Shown here: piece after piece, positions 8,616 to 17,218 of the stretch
Layout: each line of letters starts with the position of its first letter
Position numbering within the stretch: the stretch's first letter is position 1
Source: a virus
Taxonomy: Duplodnaviria > Caudoviricetes
Direction: 5' to 3' (one strand)
IMG/VR virus record: IMGVR_UViG_3300031787_000115
Coordinates: 1 to 62,585 of that record
Length of the DNA: 62,585 nt
Position numbers and translations under genes: made by a program
The notes under the pieces: generated by a model
Seen by the model: only the letters and a program-made list of their open reading frames with translations
The model's database searches: none
What the model was told of the DNA's origin: nothing

Positions 8616-8898
8616 TCCGCTCCGCTTGCCAACCGGCAGCAGCCTCCTGGCGGGCCCCAGGGCCTGCCTCGTCGCCTTCACCCACTGCGGTCGCGTGGTG
8701 GCCTGGTCCCGCGCCGATGGGCAGCTGGCGCACGAGTGGGCCACCGCCATGCGGCTCGCCGGCTGGCAGGTGGGCACCCTGGCCTACGCCGAGCTACTGG
8801 AGGCCAGACCCGCCTGCCAGACGTGCCGGTTTCAGCGGGCCTGCCTGGAGGCTCGGCGGTGCCAGGCCAGCGGCAACCTGGGACAGACCGCCGCCTGA
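8605..8898 (+). CDS. Hypothetical protein with Cys-rich C-terminus
   Basis: Overlapping start; CQTC motif. Confidence 0.5.
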   Translation: MRRDPLRLPTGSSLLAGPRACLVAFTHCGRVVAWSRADGQLAHEWATAMRLAGWQVGTLAYAELLEARPACQTCRFQRACLEARRCQASGNLGQTAA

Positions 8899-8899
8899 C

Positions 8900-9190
8900 A
8901 TGGCCGTACCGGAGCGCGTGAAAGCCACCATGCAGCGGCTGGGGCTGGAGGGGGTGAACAAGCCGCGGCGCACCCCCTCGCACGCCACGAAATCGCATGT
9001 GGTGATGGCCAAGGAGGGCACCTCCTACAAGCTGATCCGGTTCGGGCAGCAGGGGGTGCAGGGCGCCGGCAAGAACCCGAAGACGGCCAGCGAGAAGGCG
9101 CGGCGGGCCAGCTTCAAGGCCAGGCACGCGGCGAACATTGCGAAGGGGCGGATGAGCGCGGCTTTCTGGGCGGATCGGGCGAAGTGGTGA
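8900..9190 (+). CDS. Small basic conserved phage protein
   Basis: NKPRRTPSH..KLIRFGQQG..RRASFKARH..SAAFWA..KW; preceded by late motif GGCAACCTGG at 8872. Confidence 0.8.
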   Translation: MAVPERVKATMQRLGLEGVNKPRRTPSHATKSHVVMAKEGTSYKLIRFGQQGVQGAGKNPKTASEKARRASFKARHAANIAKGRMSAAFWADRAKW

Positions 9191-9249
9191 GCCCGCTCCC
9201 GGTTGGAATCGGAAGCGGGGCCTAGGATCCCCACGCGCCACCCGTCACC

Positions 9250-9771
9250 ATGGGCATCCTCTGCGACTTCCAGATCCGCGCCCTCTGCAGCGGCGAGAGG
9301 CCGATGCTCGCGCCGTTCGATGAGGCCCTGCTGAACCCGGCCAGCATCGACGTGCGCCTGGGCCCCCGGCTGCTGATCGAGTCGGCCACCTCGCGGGAGC
9401 TGGTGCCCTATGACCTGGCGCCCCACAGCCAGGAGGCGCCGTACTGGCTGCAGCCCTCTCAGTTCGTGCTGGGGGAGACGCTGGAGACCTTCAACGTCCC
9501 CTCAGACGTGGCGATCCAGTTCGCGCTGAAGTCCAGCCGCGCCCGCGAGGGGATAGAGCATCTGATGGCCGGGTTCGCGGATCCGGGCTTCAACGGCAGC
9601 GTCCTGACGCTGGAGCTCCACAACAGCCGCCAGCTGCACCCCGTGGCCCTGTGGCCCAGCATGAAGATCGGGCAGCTGATCTGCCACCGGATGGACGACG
9701 TGCCACTGCGGGACTACTCGCTGACTGGCAGGTACAACGGCTGCCTGACAGTGGCCGGGAGCCGGGGCTGA
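9250..9771 (+). CDS. dcd: dCTP deaminase
   Basis: LNPASIDVRLG, LKSSRAREG, AGFADPGF..LTLEL, KIGQL motifs. Confidence 0.93.
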   Translation: MGILCDFQIRALCSGERPMLAPFDEALLNPASIDVRLGPRLLIESATSRELVPYDLAPHSQEAPYWLQPSQFVLGETLETFNVPSDVAIQFALKSSRAREGIEHLMAGFADPGFNGSVLTLELHNSRQLHPVALWPSMKIGQLICHRMDDVPLRDYSLTGRYNGCLTVAGSRG

Positions 9772-10022
9772 TGATCACCGTCCCTCCCTCCCTCCTCGCC
9801 CACCCCGCCGACCTGCAGCGCCTGGCCGGGGAGCTGCTGGCCCTGCGCTTCGACCGGGCCAAGCTGACGGAAGCGCTGCTGCGGGTGCAGGAGGCTGCCT
9901 GCGAGGTGGCGGCGCCTGGACCGGGGCCGGTGCTGCCGACACCGGCTGAGCGGGCCGAGATCGAGCGGAAGCGGGCGGCAGAGCGGCTGGCGCGTGGGGA
10001 ATGGCGGGTGAGCCTGGACTGA
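9771..10022 (+). CDS. Hypothetical protein
   Basis: TGATG-coupled to dcd. Confidence 0.6.
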   Translation: MITVPPSLLAHPADLQRLAGELLALRFDRAKLTEALLRVQEAACEVAAPGPGPVLPTPAERAEIERKRAAERLARGEWRVSLD

Positions 10023-10023
10023 G

Positions 10024-10091
10024 GTTCGCCAGTTGTTACGACTTGCGAAGTGTCCGCCCTGATCCTGGCTGAGGTGTTCGCCAGTTGTTAC
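10024..10091 (+). repeat. Exact 16-bp direct repeat GTTCGCCAGTTGTTAC x2 (probable regulator site)
   Basis: 10024-10039 and 10076-10091, intergenic. Confidence 0.75.
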
Positions 10092-10195
10092 TGTGTGGTC
10101 ATGGGGCGGCACCCAAGCCGCTCACGGGGCATGCCCCCTGGCCCGCGGGAGCCTGGCAGGTAGTCGCCAATCCCGCACCCCACCGCACCACCACC

Positions 10196-10405
10196 ATGAC
10201 CGGATCCATCTACGCCGCCTACCGCGAGCTGGCCGCACACATCGACGAGTCCCGCACTGCTGCAGGTTGGGAGTTCGATCCCGACTACGGCTGGGCATCG
10301 CCCGATTGCATCACCGCTTCTGATTGGGAAGACGAGGGCTACCCCCTGCCCGAGGAACCCGGCTTCGCCGAGTTCATGGCCACCTACCAGCCGGTCAGAG
10401 CCTGA
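10196..10405 (+). CDS. Small acidic hypothetical protein
   Basis: Leader CCCACCGCACCACCACCATG shared with the next gene. Confidence 0.7.
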   Translation: MTGSIYAAYRELAAHIDESRTAAGWEFDPDYGWASPDCITASDWEDEGYPLPEEPGFAEFMATYQPVRA

Positions 10406-10455
10406 GCCCACGGCCCGCCGGGAGCCTCATCCCGGCATCCCACCGCACCACCACC

Positions 10456-10644
10456 ATGGCCCGCACCGCAACCGACGCCTACGCCGAGGCCCACGCCGAA
10501 GCGATGGCCCTGATCGAAAGCCTCCGCGACATGATCGAGGGCATGCCCGAGCCTGAAACGCCTGGCATCGACTGGACGCACGCCGGCAGCCTCAACCACG
10601 TCAACGCGCAACTGCGCGAGCTGCTGGGTTTCGTTGAGAGCTGA
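10456..10644 (+). CDS. Small hypothetical protein
   Basis: Same leader; helical protein-like sequence. Confidence 0.7.
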   Translation: MARTATDAYAEAHAEAMALIESLRDMIEGMPEPETPGIDWTHAGSLNHVNAQLRELLGFVES

Positions 10645-10645
10645 C

Positions 10646-10849
10646 GTGTCCGACCCCTCCCGCGACCGCGCGGCCCGCTTCCGTCTCAGGAAGGCGGGCC
10701 TTTTGCCTGCCCTGCCCCTCTGCCCCTCCTGCGGCCGCAAGGTCCGCTCCCTGCGCACGGCGCCCCTGTGCAGCATCTGCTGGAAGGCCAGCCCCGAGGG
10801 GCGGGAGGAGGCCAGGCGGAGGATGCAGCGGCGGCGCAAGGCCACGTGA
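10646..10849 (+). CDS. Small basic Zn-finger protein
   Basis: CPSC..CSIC, Arg-rich ends. Confidence 0.65.
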   Translation: MSDPSRDRAARFRLRKAGLLPALPLCPSCGRKVRSLRTAPLCSICWKASPEGREEARRRMQRRRKAT

Positions 10850-10851
10850 TC

Positions 10852-10878
10852 GCCCCGGTTGCCGCCGGGGCTTTCTTG
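10852..10878 (+). terminator. Intrinsic terminator
   Basis: GCCCCGG-TTGCCG-CCGGGGC followed by TTTCTT. Confidence 0.7.
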
Positions 10879-10990
10879 TGACCGACCGCCTGCCCACCGG
10901 CAGCGCCTGGCGTTTACGCCAGGCTTACGCGCCCGCCCTGGGCATCCACGAGAACCCACGGCCGGCCGGGGATTCCGGCGGCGGCGGCCC

Positions 10991-11034
10991 GCCTTACAAG
11001 CAGGATGTCGCTGGTTCGAACCCGGCATCGCGCA
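10991..11034 (+). mobile_element. attP core: 3' half of tRNA-Val(TAC)
   Basis: GC-CTTACAA-GCAGG-ATGTC-GCTGG-TTCGAAC-CCGGC-ATCG gives anticodon loop, variable region and T-arm, with no D-arm or 5' half; immediately upstream of the integrase. Confidence 0.85.
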
Positions 11035-11121
11035 TCCCTTCCACCGCAGTCCCTGAGCCAGTTCTGGCCTGGTTTCTGCCCCTCCCTCCGATGGGTGCCG
11101 ATGGGTACCGATGGGCCCCTA

Positions 11122-12342
11122 ATGGCCCAGAATCGCCCTCCGTTTACGCCCGGTTTACGCGTGCCCTCCCCGCCGTGGCTGCTCACCCTCTCGGCCGGCT
11201 TCCGTGCGCACCGTCAAGGCCGGCAGGGCTGGTTCATCCAGTTGAACCGCGATCGGCTGCGGGTCACTAGCACTGAGCTCCCGCCACGGCCGGGTGAGAC
11301 TGCCACCTCCACCCGCGCCAGGTCGCTGATCCTGAGGGCACCACCGGGGCCCGCCACCATCACGTCCGCCCTGGCGGAAGCGTGCGACGTGTTCGATCGC
11401 GTGATGGCCGGCACCTTCACCTGGCCCGGCCCCGACGACGCCCGGCCCGAGGGCACCACCGACCCAGCCAGCCCCGCCAACCTCGAGCGGCTGATCGCCG
11501 GCCTGCGCGACCAGCTGGTGGGCGAGCGCATGACCCAGGGGACGTGGGACCGCACCTGGGCCCCGTACCTGAGCGCCGTGGTGGCCACCGCGGGTGAGAC
11601 CCCGGGGGAGCCCACCCCGGCGATGCTGGCCCGTCTGCTGCGCCGCTGGCCGCCCAACTCCCGCGCCCGGCAGATGGCCCACGATCGAGCCCGCGCCCTC
11701 TGGCGTCATGCCGGCTGGCCCTGGCCGGAGGTGGTGGCCGCCATGCGGGGCAACGGCAAGGCCGCCGCGCACCCCGCTGGGGCCCGGGCCATGACCGACG
11801 CCGAGATCGCCACCCTGCGCGAGCGGATCACCGCGAGCCGTCAGCTCACCGCCAGCGACCTCCTCGCCTGGGACCTGATCGTGGTGTTCGGCCTGCGACC
11901 GGTCGAGCTACAGGGCCTGGAACTGCAGCAGCAGGACGGCACCCTCGTCGCCACCGTCACCCGCAGCAAGCGCAGCAGCAGGGGCACCTCCGGCGCCCGC
12001 ACCGTCCCCGCCGTGCCGCCTGCGGGCTGGCCTGCGGACTGCCACGGCCTGCTGGACCGCTGGCACCGCCACGGCCTGCCGCCTGGCCTGCTGCGCCACC
12101 GCTCGCCGGGGCAGTCGTTGACACAGCAGCTGGGCCGGCTGCTCATGCCCGAGGGGCTCAGCTCCTACGCCCCGCGTCATGCGTTCGCCATCCGCCTGGC
12201 AGAGATCGGTCTGAACTACCGGGAGGCTGCCGAGCTGATGGGTCACAGCCCAGCTACCCACGTGGCCACCTATGGCCGCAGGCTGGCGCTCCCAGACCTG
12301 ATGGCGAAGGCGAGCCGGCTGGCCAGGGAGCGGCAGGGGTGA
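11122..12342 (+). CDS. int: Tyrosine recombinase / integrase
   Basis: FGLRPVE (R), YAPRHAFAIR, LMGHS, HVATY (Y); start uncertain (11101/11122/11161). Confidence 0.9.
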   Translation: MAQNRPPFTPGLRVPSPPWLLTLSAGFRAHRQGRQGWFIQLNRDRLRVTSTELPPRPGETATSTRARSLILRAPPGPATITSALAEACDVFDRVMAGTFTWPGPDDARPEGTTDPASPANLERLIAGLRDQLVGERMTQGTWDRTWAPYLSAVVATAGETPGEPTPAMLARLLRRWPPNSRARQMAHDRARALWRHAGWPWPEVVAAMRGNGKAAAHPAGARAMTDAEIATLRERITASRQLTASDLLAWDLIVVFGLRPVELQGLELQQQDGTLVATVTRSKRSSRGTSGARTVPAVPPAGWPADCHGLLDRWHRHGLPPGLLRHRSPGQSLTQQLGRLLMPEGLSSYAPRHAFAIRLAEIGLNYREAAELMGHSPATHVATYGRRLALPDLMAKASRLARERQG

Positions 12343-12373
12343 CCGGCAACCTGAGTGACAGGCATGGCAGCAG

Positions 12374-12871
12374 ATGGCACGCACATACCGCAGGGACGCA
12401 CGCGGGCGGTTTGCCTCCGGTGGGGGCAGCGGCAAGGGTGGCAGCGGCAAGGCCAAGCCTGCGACTGGTAGGGCCAAGCCGAAACCCAGCGCCAAGCCTG
12501 TGCCGGCCAAGGGAAAGGCCAGCACTAAGCCGATCCCGTCGAAGGCGAAGGCCAGCAGCAAGCCGGGGCTGCCCCCGCCGATCCCCCAGAAACTGCTCAA
12601 GGCCGCCAACGCGGCACGAGCTGGCGCTGCTGCACGCCGCAAGGCATCAGAGCCCGCGAACAAGATCGTGGGATCCCCCAGGCGCCACAACGCCGCTGAG
12701 GCGGCCTACTGGCAGATCAAGACCGGCAAGGGCAGGAGCAAGTTCAACAGCGACAAGAAGGTCAGGGAGGAGATGCAGCGCCGGGGGTTCCTGAAAGGAT
12801 CCAAGGACCCGCAGGGTGACCTGATCCGGATTGCCAGCAGCGCTCGCCGGAAGAAGGGTTCTAAGAACTAA
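12374..12871 (+). CDS. Basic protein with RD-x-x-GRF N-terminal tag (paralog 1)
   Basis: MARTYRRDARGRFASGGG; Lys/Pro/Ala-rich; late motif at 12345. Confidence 0.85.
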   Translation: MARTYRRDARGRFASGGGSGKGGSGKAKPATGRAKPKPSAKPVPAKGKASTKPIPSKAKASSKPGLPPPIPQKLLKAANAARAGAAARRKASEPANKIVGSPRRHNAAEAAYWQIKTGKGRSKFNSDKKVREEMQRRGFLKGSKDPQGDLIRIASSARRKKGSKN

Positions 12872-12900
12872 CGGCAACCTGCGGCACCAGCGCCGCCGCC

Positions 12901-13110
12901 ATGACCATCACCCGGGAGATCGTCATCAGGGATGGGCAGCCCATCTGGAGGGTCTGCTCCGGCGGCGTCTGTGTCGAGTGCGCCAGCGGCACCCAGGCGG
13001 CCAGCGTGATCGATGCCTTCGAGGCCAGCCAGGGCCACGGCCTGACGCACCACCCGTCCCTCGGCAAGCCGGAGCGGGGGCCGGACATGGTGCCGGATCC
13101 GGGGGTGTGA
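12901..13110 (+). CDS. Hypothetical protein
   Basis: Preceded by late motif GGCAACCTGCG at 12873. Confidence 0.65.
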   Translation: MTITREIVIRDGQPIWRVCSGGVCVECASGTQAASVIDAFEASQGHGLTHHPSLGKPERGPDMVPDPGV

Positions 13111-13893
13111 TCAGCGGGGCGGGAAGCGGTGGACCCACATCCCGCGCTGGTTGGGATCCACCTTGCCGGCCCGGTAGATCCGCGCCGCATCGTCCCGGCT
13201 GGCCCCGGCAACGCACGCGGCGTAGATGATGGTCTCGCTGTAGAACCCGTCATAGAACCGGCTGGTGCCTGGGTAGCTCCAGGTCGGTCCGTCGAACTCC
13301 GACCAGGGATCTTTGACGTTGACGTCGTAGCGGGTGGTTGATCGCGGCACCTTCCGCAGGCCGTCTAGGCAGATCACATGCCCGCTGCGTGTGAACCAGC
13401 CGTGGGTGATCAGCAGCTCTCCGGCCTTCAGCCACTCGCGCACCTCCGCCAGGCAGGCATTGCCCTCGTACCGGTAGGGCACTCCGTAGCCCTTGATCAC
13501 CCGTCCCATCACCGCCGGGTCTCCGGCCGTGCCGATCGCGGTCAGCTTGCGCCGGATACCGGCGATGTCCCGATCCCCCGCCGCCATGCCGATGCACGCC
13601 GCCTGGCAGGTCACGGCATCAGGCTGGCTGAGGTTCAGGGCCTGCACCGCCGTCCGCCACTCCGTCACCGCAGGGGCCGGGGTCGCGGGCTTCGCCGCCG
13701 GCTTGGCCGGCTTCGGACGCATCTCCCCGGGCTCCGCCTCCCACAGCCCTCGCAGGTCGCCCCCGGGCTCGATCCGGGCCCGCAACTCCTCGGGCAGGGC
13801 TGCATCCAGCGCCTCCCAGTACGCCCGGTGGTGGGTGCTGGTGGGGATGGTGTGCTCGGCGTACTTGAACAGCTCGATCCGGCTTCTGGCCAC
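13111..13893 (-). CDS. C39-like papain-fold peptidase, putative endolysin
   Basis: QPDAVTCQAAC (Cys), SGHVICLDG (His), VKDPW (Asp); next to holin-like genes. Confidence 0.7.
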   Translation of the reverse strand: MARSRIELFKYAEHTIPTSTHHRAYWEALDAALPEELRARIEPGGDLRGLWEAEPGEMRPKPAKPAAKPATPAPAVTEWRTAVQALNLSQPDAVTCQAACIGMAAGDRDIAGIRRKLTAIGTAGDPAVMGRVIKGYGVPYRYEGNACLAEVREWLKAGELLITHGWFTRSGHVICLDGLRKVPRSTTRYDVNVKDPWSEFDGPTWSYPGTSRFYDGFYSETIIYAACVAGASRDDAARIYRAGKVDPNQRGMWVHRFPPR

Positions 13894-13952
13894 AGGTGGC
13901 GGGTCACTGGCTCACCTTTCCGCTGGCAACCTCAGGCAATCGCCCTCCGCCG

Positions 13953-14270
13953 ATGATCCCCGTTTGCTTGGCCTGGGGTCAGCCCTCGGTGTTCGCGGTG
14001 GACCAGGACACCATCTGGGGCTGCCAGTTCGAGCTGCTGCCAGGTGGGTCGATGATCAACGCCCCGTGCACCCTGCACGGCGTGATCGGCCTGCAGGCGG
14101 CACCGGATCCGGATGCTGCCGAACCCATCTACCGGACGGTTCCCGGGGCGCAGCTGGCGATCTGGGCCAGCGCCGAGACCGAGCCCGACGATCTGATGCC
14201 GCACCAGGCTGAGATCCTGCAGAGCTACCGCGAACACCTCCAGCGGCTGGGCCTGCCGACTGGGGACTGA
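13953..14270 (+). CDS. Hypothetical protein
   Basis: ATG at 13953 after late motif at 13925. Confidence 0.65.
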   Translation: MIPVCLAWGQPSVFAVDQDTIWGCQFELLPGGSMINAPCTLHGVIGLQAAPDPDAAEPIYRTVPGAQLAIWASAETEPDDLMPHQAEILQSYREHLQRLGLPTGD

Positions 14271-14390
14271 TCAGCCGAGGATCCGGTCCCACATCACCCG
14301 GGCGCCGACCACCAGCAGGGCCAGGGTGGTGATCGCCAGGGCGATACGGGTGGCGGCGATCAAGGCCGTGATCTGCTGCAGGTCGTTCAT
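14271..14390 (-). CDS. 39-aa membrane peptide (lysis accessory?)
   Basis: MNDLQQITALIAATRIALAITTLALLVVGARVMWDRILG; ATGA-coupled; not in ORF track. Confidence 0.6.
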   Translation of the reverse strand: MNDLQQITALIAATRIALAITTLALLVVGARVMWDRILG

Positions 14391-14869
14391 GCCTGCCCTC
14401 GAGGCGTGCCCAGCAGGGCGGCCACCAGCTCAGCCCGGCGCCCGTGGTGTGACAGGCCCGTGATGCCCGCCTGGCGAGCCAGGGCCCGCAGCTGGTCCAC
14501 CGTCAGCCGCGCCAGCTCGGGGCCGGTGTAGGCCGGCTCGTCCAGCGCCAGCGGTTCCGGCGGGGTGATGGTGTCAGGGTCCGGCAGGGGGTCGCCCAGG
14601 GGCTCCGGCTCAACGCCTGGCACCGTGGGCTCACCCTGCAGCAGGCGCCGATCCCGTTCGCGGAGGGCCTGGTTCGGCTGCCAGAAGCCGGCGGACCAGG
14701 CTCCGCCCATGCCGCCGATCGCCAGGGCCGTCACCCACTGGCTCTCGCACTTGCCGGCGCCGGGGCTGTAACGCTCGCAGCTCACCCCCACGTAGATCAG
14801 GCCCACCGCCACGGGCGTCAGCAGGGCCGCAAGGGTGGTGGCCTTGGCGCGCTGTTCGGTGGGGTTCAT
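14387..14869 (-). CDS. Membrane protein (two hydrophobic segments) with C-terminal Rho-N/HeH-like motif; holin-like position
   Basis: Hydrophobic N-half; LTVDQLRALARQAGI..RRAELVAAL. Confidence 0.7.
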   Translation of the reverse strand: MNPTEQRAKATTLAALLTPVAVGLIYVGVSCERYSPGAGKCESQWVTALAIGGMGGAWSAGFWQPNQALRERDRRLLQGEPTVPGVEPEPLGDPLPDPDTITPPEPLALDEPAYTGPELARLTVDQLRALARQAGITGLSHHGRRAELVAALLGTPRGQA

Positions 14870-15171
14870 TTGCCGGGCTCCATGCGGGTGAGGCGAACGT
14901 CAACACCGTCAAGCCGCTTGTCGTGCTGCTCCAGGATCGTGACCTGCCGCTCGTCGTTGCGGTCCAGTCGGTCCAGGCGCTGCTCCTGCTGCTCCTGCTG
15001 GCCGTCGATCTGGGCGAACTTGATCGGCACGGTTCGGGCCAGGTAGATCACCCCGGCGGTGATGACCGACAACAAGCCGGTGATGATGCCGCCGATCAGG
15101 CGATCCCGCGCCACCACCATCACGGGCGGCGGCGGTTCAGGGCGGCGACGATCGCGAATCACGAACGGCAT
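14866..15171 (-). CDS. Single-TM plus coiled-coil protein, putative holin/antiholin
   Basis: LIGGIITGLLSVITAGVIYL followed by a heptad-like tail. Confidence 0.65.
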   Translation of the reverse strand: MPFVIRDRRRPEPPPPVMVVARDRLIGGIITGLLSVITAGVIYLARTVPIKFAQIDGQQEQQEQRLDRLDRNDERQVTILEQHDKRLDGVDVRLTRMEPGK

Positions 15172-15237
15172 GACCTCCCCAGGCTGTGTGCGGCCATCAC
15201 AGGATCACTGTTGCCTGAGGTTTCCGCGCCGGTGGCG

Positions 15238-15945
15238 TCAGGCCACCAGCTCCCACTCCAGGCTCTCCCGTGCCGAGGTCGCTGGGTCGTCCGCCAGGAA
15301 CTGACCCTGCGGGTCGCGGGCCTGCACCACCTGCCACTGACTGCCGTTCGGTGCGGTCCAGGTCTGGCCGACCGACTGCGCGAAAGGGCGGGTCAGCTCG
15401 ATGACGAACGCCGCGGGCAGGTTGCAGCTCACCGCCAGGGCGCCGATCGTGGTGAGCAGCTCGGCGGGGATCAGGTCAGCGGCCCGCAGCGCCCGCCAGG
15501 CGGCGTGGAAGTCGCTCGGGTCACCACCGGCAGCCGCAGCGATCAGAGCCGCCGGCAGGGCCAGCACGGCGCTGGGAGCCACCGGCAGGGCCTGGGCCAG
15601 GGCCGTGTTGGCGGCGGGGTCGCCCAGCAGGGCAGCCTTGAACCGTGCCCAGTCCGGCGCCGGGGCGTTAGCGGCATCCCAGGCCGCGATCTGCTCGGGC
15701 GAGGCGGGGATTACCTGCCATCGCTGCCGGTAGGTGCCATCGGCATCGGGCTCGGGGGGCAGCTCCTCGATCTGCTCAGAGCGGGGGTTGAACGCCGGCT
15801 GATCGGACGGGTGAACGAACCGGCAGCCGAACGGCTCGATGTCCTCGTCGGTGGGATTGGCGGGGAAGGAGACGTTCAGGTTGTCGCGGCGCAACTGCCA
15901 GAGGCTGAAGGGGTATTCGCCGGTGGTCAGGTTGATCAGGTTCAT
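15238..15945 (-). CDS. Tail fibre-associated / assembly protein
   Basis: YPFSLWQLRRDNLNVSFP..QRWQV pattern; downstream of fibre genes. Confidence 0.65.
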   Translation of the reverse strand: MNLINLTTGEYPFSLWQLRRDNLNVSFPANPTDEDIEPFGCRFVHPSDQPAFNPRSEQIEELPPEPDADGTYRQRWQVIPASPEQIAAWDAANAPAPDWARFKAALLGDPAANTALAQALPVAPSAVLALPAALIAAAAGGDPSDFHAAWRALRAADLIPAELLTTIGALAVSCNLPAAFVIELTRPFAQSVGQTWTAPNGSQWQVVQARDPQGQFLADDPATSARESLEWELVA

Positions 15946-16184
15946 GGATCTTGGAGTTGGTCCGCGATCACGTCGCGGATGATGCGGGCGCGGAGTTGCT
16001 GCCGCAGCTCCTCAGCCAGGCGGATCTCCAGCTCCTCGCGGAAGGCCGCGAGATCCTGGTTATCGGGGTGCTCGGCCTGGATCTTGGCGATGGCCAGCCG
16101 GTAGTTGTCGATGTTGATCTGATAGCTCAGCAGCTCGGCGTCACGCGCCTCCAGGGCCTGGGTCAGGATGTCGGTGCGGGTCAT
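15942..16184 (-). CDS. Hypothetical coiled-coil protein
   Basis: ATGA-coupled on both sides. Confidence 0.7.
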   Translation of the reverse strand: MTRTDILTQALEARDAELLSYQINIDNYRLAIAKIQAEHPDNQDLAAFREELEIRLAEELRQQLRARIIRDVIADQLQDP

Positions 16185-17218
16185 GAACTCCACGGGTAGA
16201 CGGTGATGTATGGAGAGCCGGTGTGTGCCAGGCCCAAAGCATTGCCCGATGGGGAGAACGCAACGCCGCTGACCTCGCCGGGCGGGAGGGTGGCCGGATT
16301 GGCGTATCGGCTGCCGAAGCCGCTGCCGGACCAGGCGTAGCAGCTCAGAAACGGCGTCACCGCATGACCCACGGCAACCGATAGGCCATCAGGGGAGAAG
16401 GCGACGGAGTTGCTGTTGCCTGTGGGCAGGGTGGATGGATTGGAGAACTTCGCGCCAAAGCCAGAGCCGGACCAGGGATAGAAGCTGACGAATGGCGTCG
16501 TGGGGTGTGCGGTCGCCAGTACATCGCTTGCGGGGGAAAAGGTGATCCCGTTGACCTGGTTTGCGGGAAGTGTCGCGGGGTTGCTGAACTTGGTGCCGAA
16601 CGCCGATCCAGACCAGGGGTAGGCGGTAACAAATGACCCTGAGGAGTGACCAACTGCTATCGATGCGCCGTTCGGGGAAAATGCGACTGACCAACAGGCG
16701 TTTGCCGGCAACGTTGCTGGATTCGTGTACTTCGTTCCGAATCCAGATGATGACCACGGATAGGCCGAAACAAAGGGTGTGGTGTTGTGCGCAATCGCCA
16801 CCGCTCCACCTGATGGGGAGAAGGCGATGCCGTTGCCCCTGGTCCCTGGCAGTGTCGCTGGATCCGAATACTTTGCGCCGAATCCTGATGGCGACCACGG
16901 GTAAGCCGTGACGTATGGGCTGGTGGTATGAGCCACGGCAACAGCGTCGCCGGCAGGACTGAACGCCACACCATTCCCCAAACCGGTTGGCAGTGTTGCC
17001 GGGTTGCTGAACTTGGCACCAAAGCCTGTCGATGCGGACCAGGGGTAAGCCGTGACATAGGGCGTACCTGAGGTGCTGATTGCAACCGCATCACCAGCAG
17101 GCGAGAACGCGATCGACAGACCCGTCAGGCCTGGCAGGGTGGAGGGGTTTGAATACTTCACCCCGAAGCCAGGGGTTCCCGTGTTCGTCGCCGCAGCCAG
17201 CGCACTACGCCCCAGCAT
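16181..17218 (-). CDS. Seven-repeat beta-propeller protein, putative receptor-binding protein
   Basis: Seven ~47-aa repeats FGxKxSNPATLP..VAFSPxG..AVAH..PYVTAYPWS. Confidence 0.85.
   Translation of the reverse strand: MLGRSALAAATNTGTPGFGVKYSNPSTLPGLTGLSIAFSPAGDAVAISTSGTPYVTAYPWSASTGFGAKFSNPATLPTGLGNGVAFSPAGDAVAVAHTTSPYVTAYPWSPSGFGAKYSDPATLPGTRGNGIAFSPSGGAVAIAHNTTPFVSAYPWSSSGFGTKYTNPATLPANACWSVAFSPNGASIAVGHSSGSFVTAYPWSGSAFGTKFSNPATLPANQVNGITFSPASDVLATAHPTTPFVSFYPWSGSGFGAKFSNPSTLPTGNSNSVAFSPDGLSVAVGHAVTPFLSCYAWSGSGFGSRYANPATLPPGEVSGVAFSPSGNALGLAHTGSPYITVYPWSS

Noticed and set aside
10991-11034. Functional tRNA-Val gene
   Set aside because: Only the anticodon loop to 3' end is present; no 5' acceptor strand or D-arm, so treated as attP
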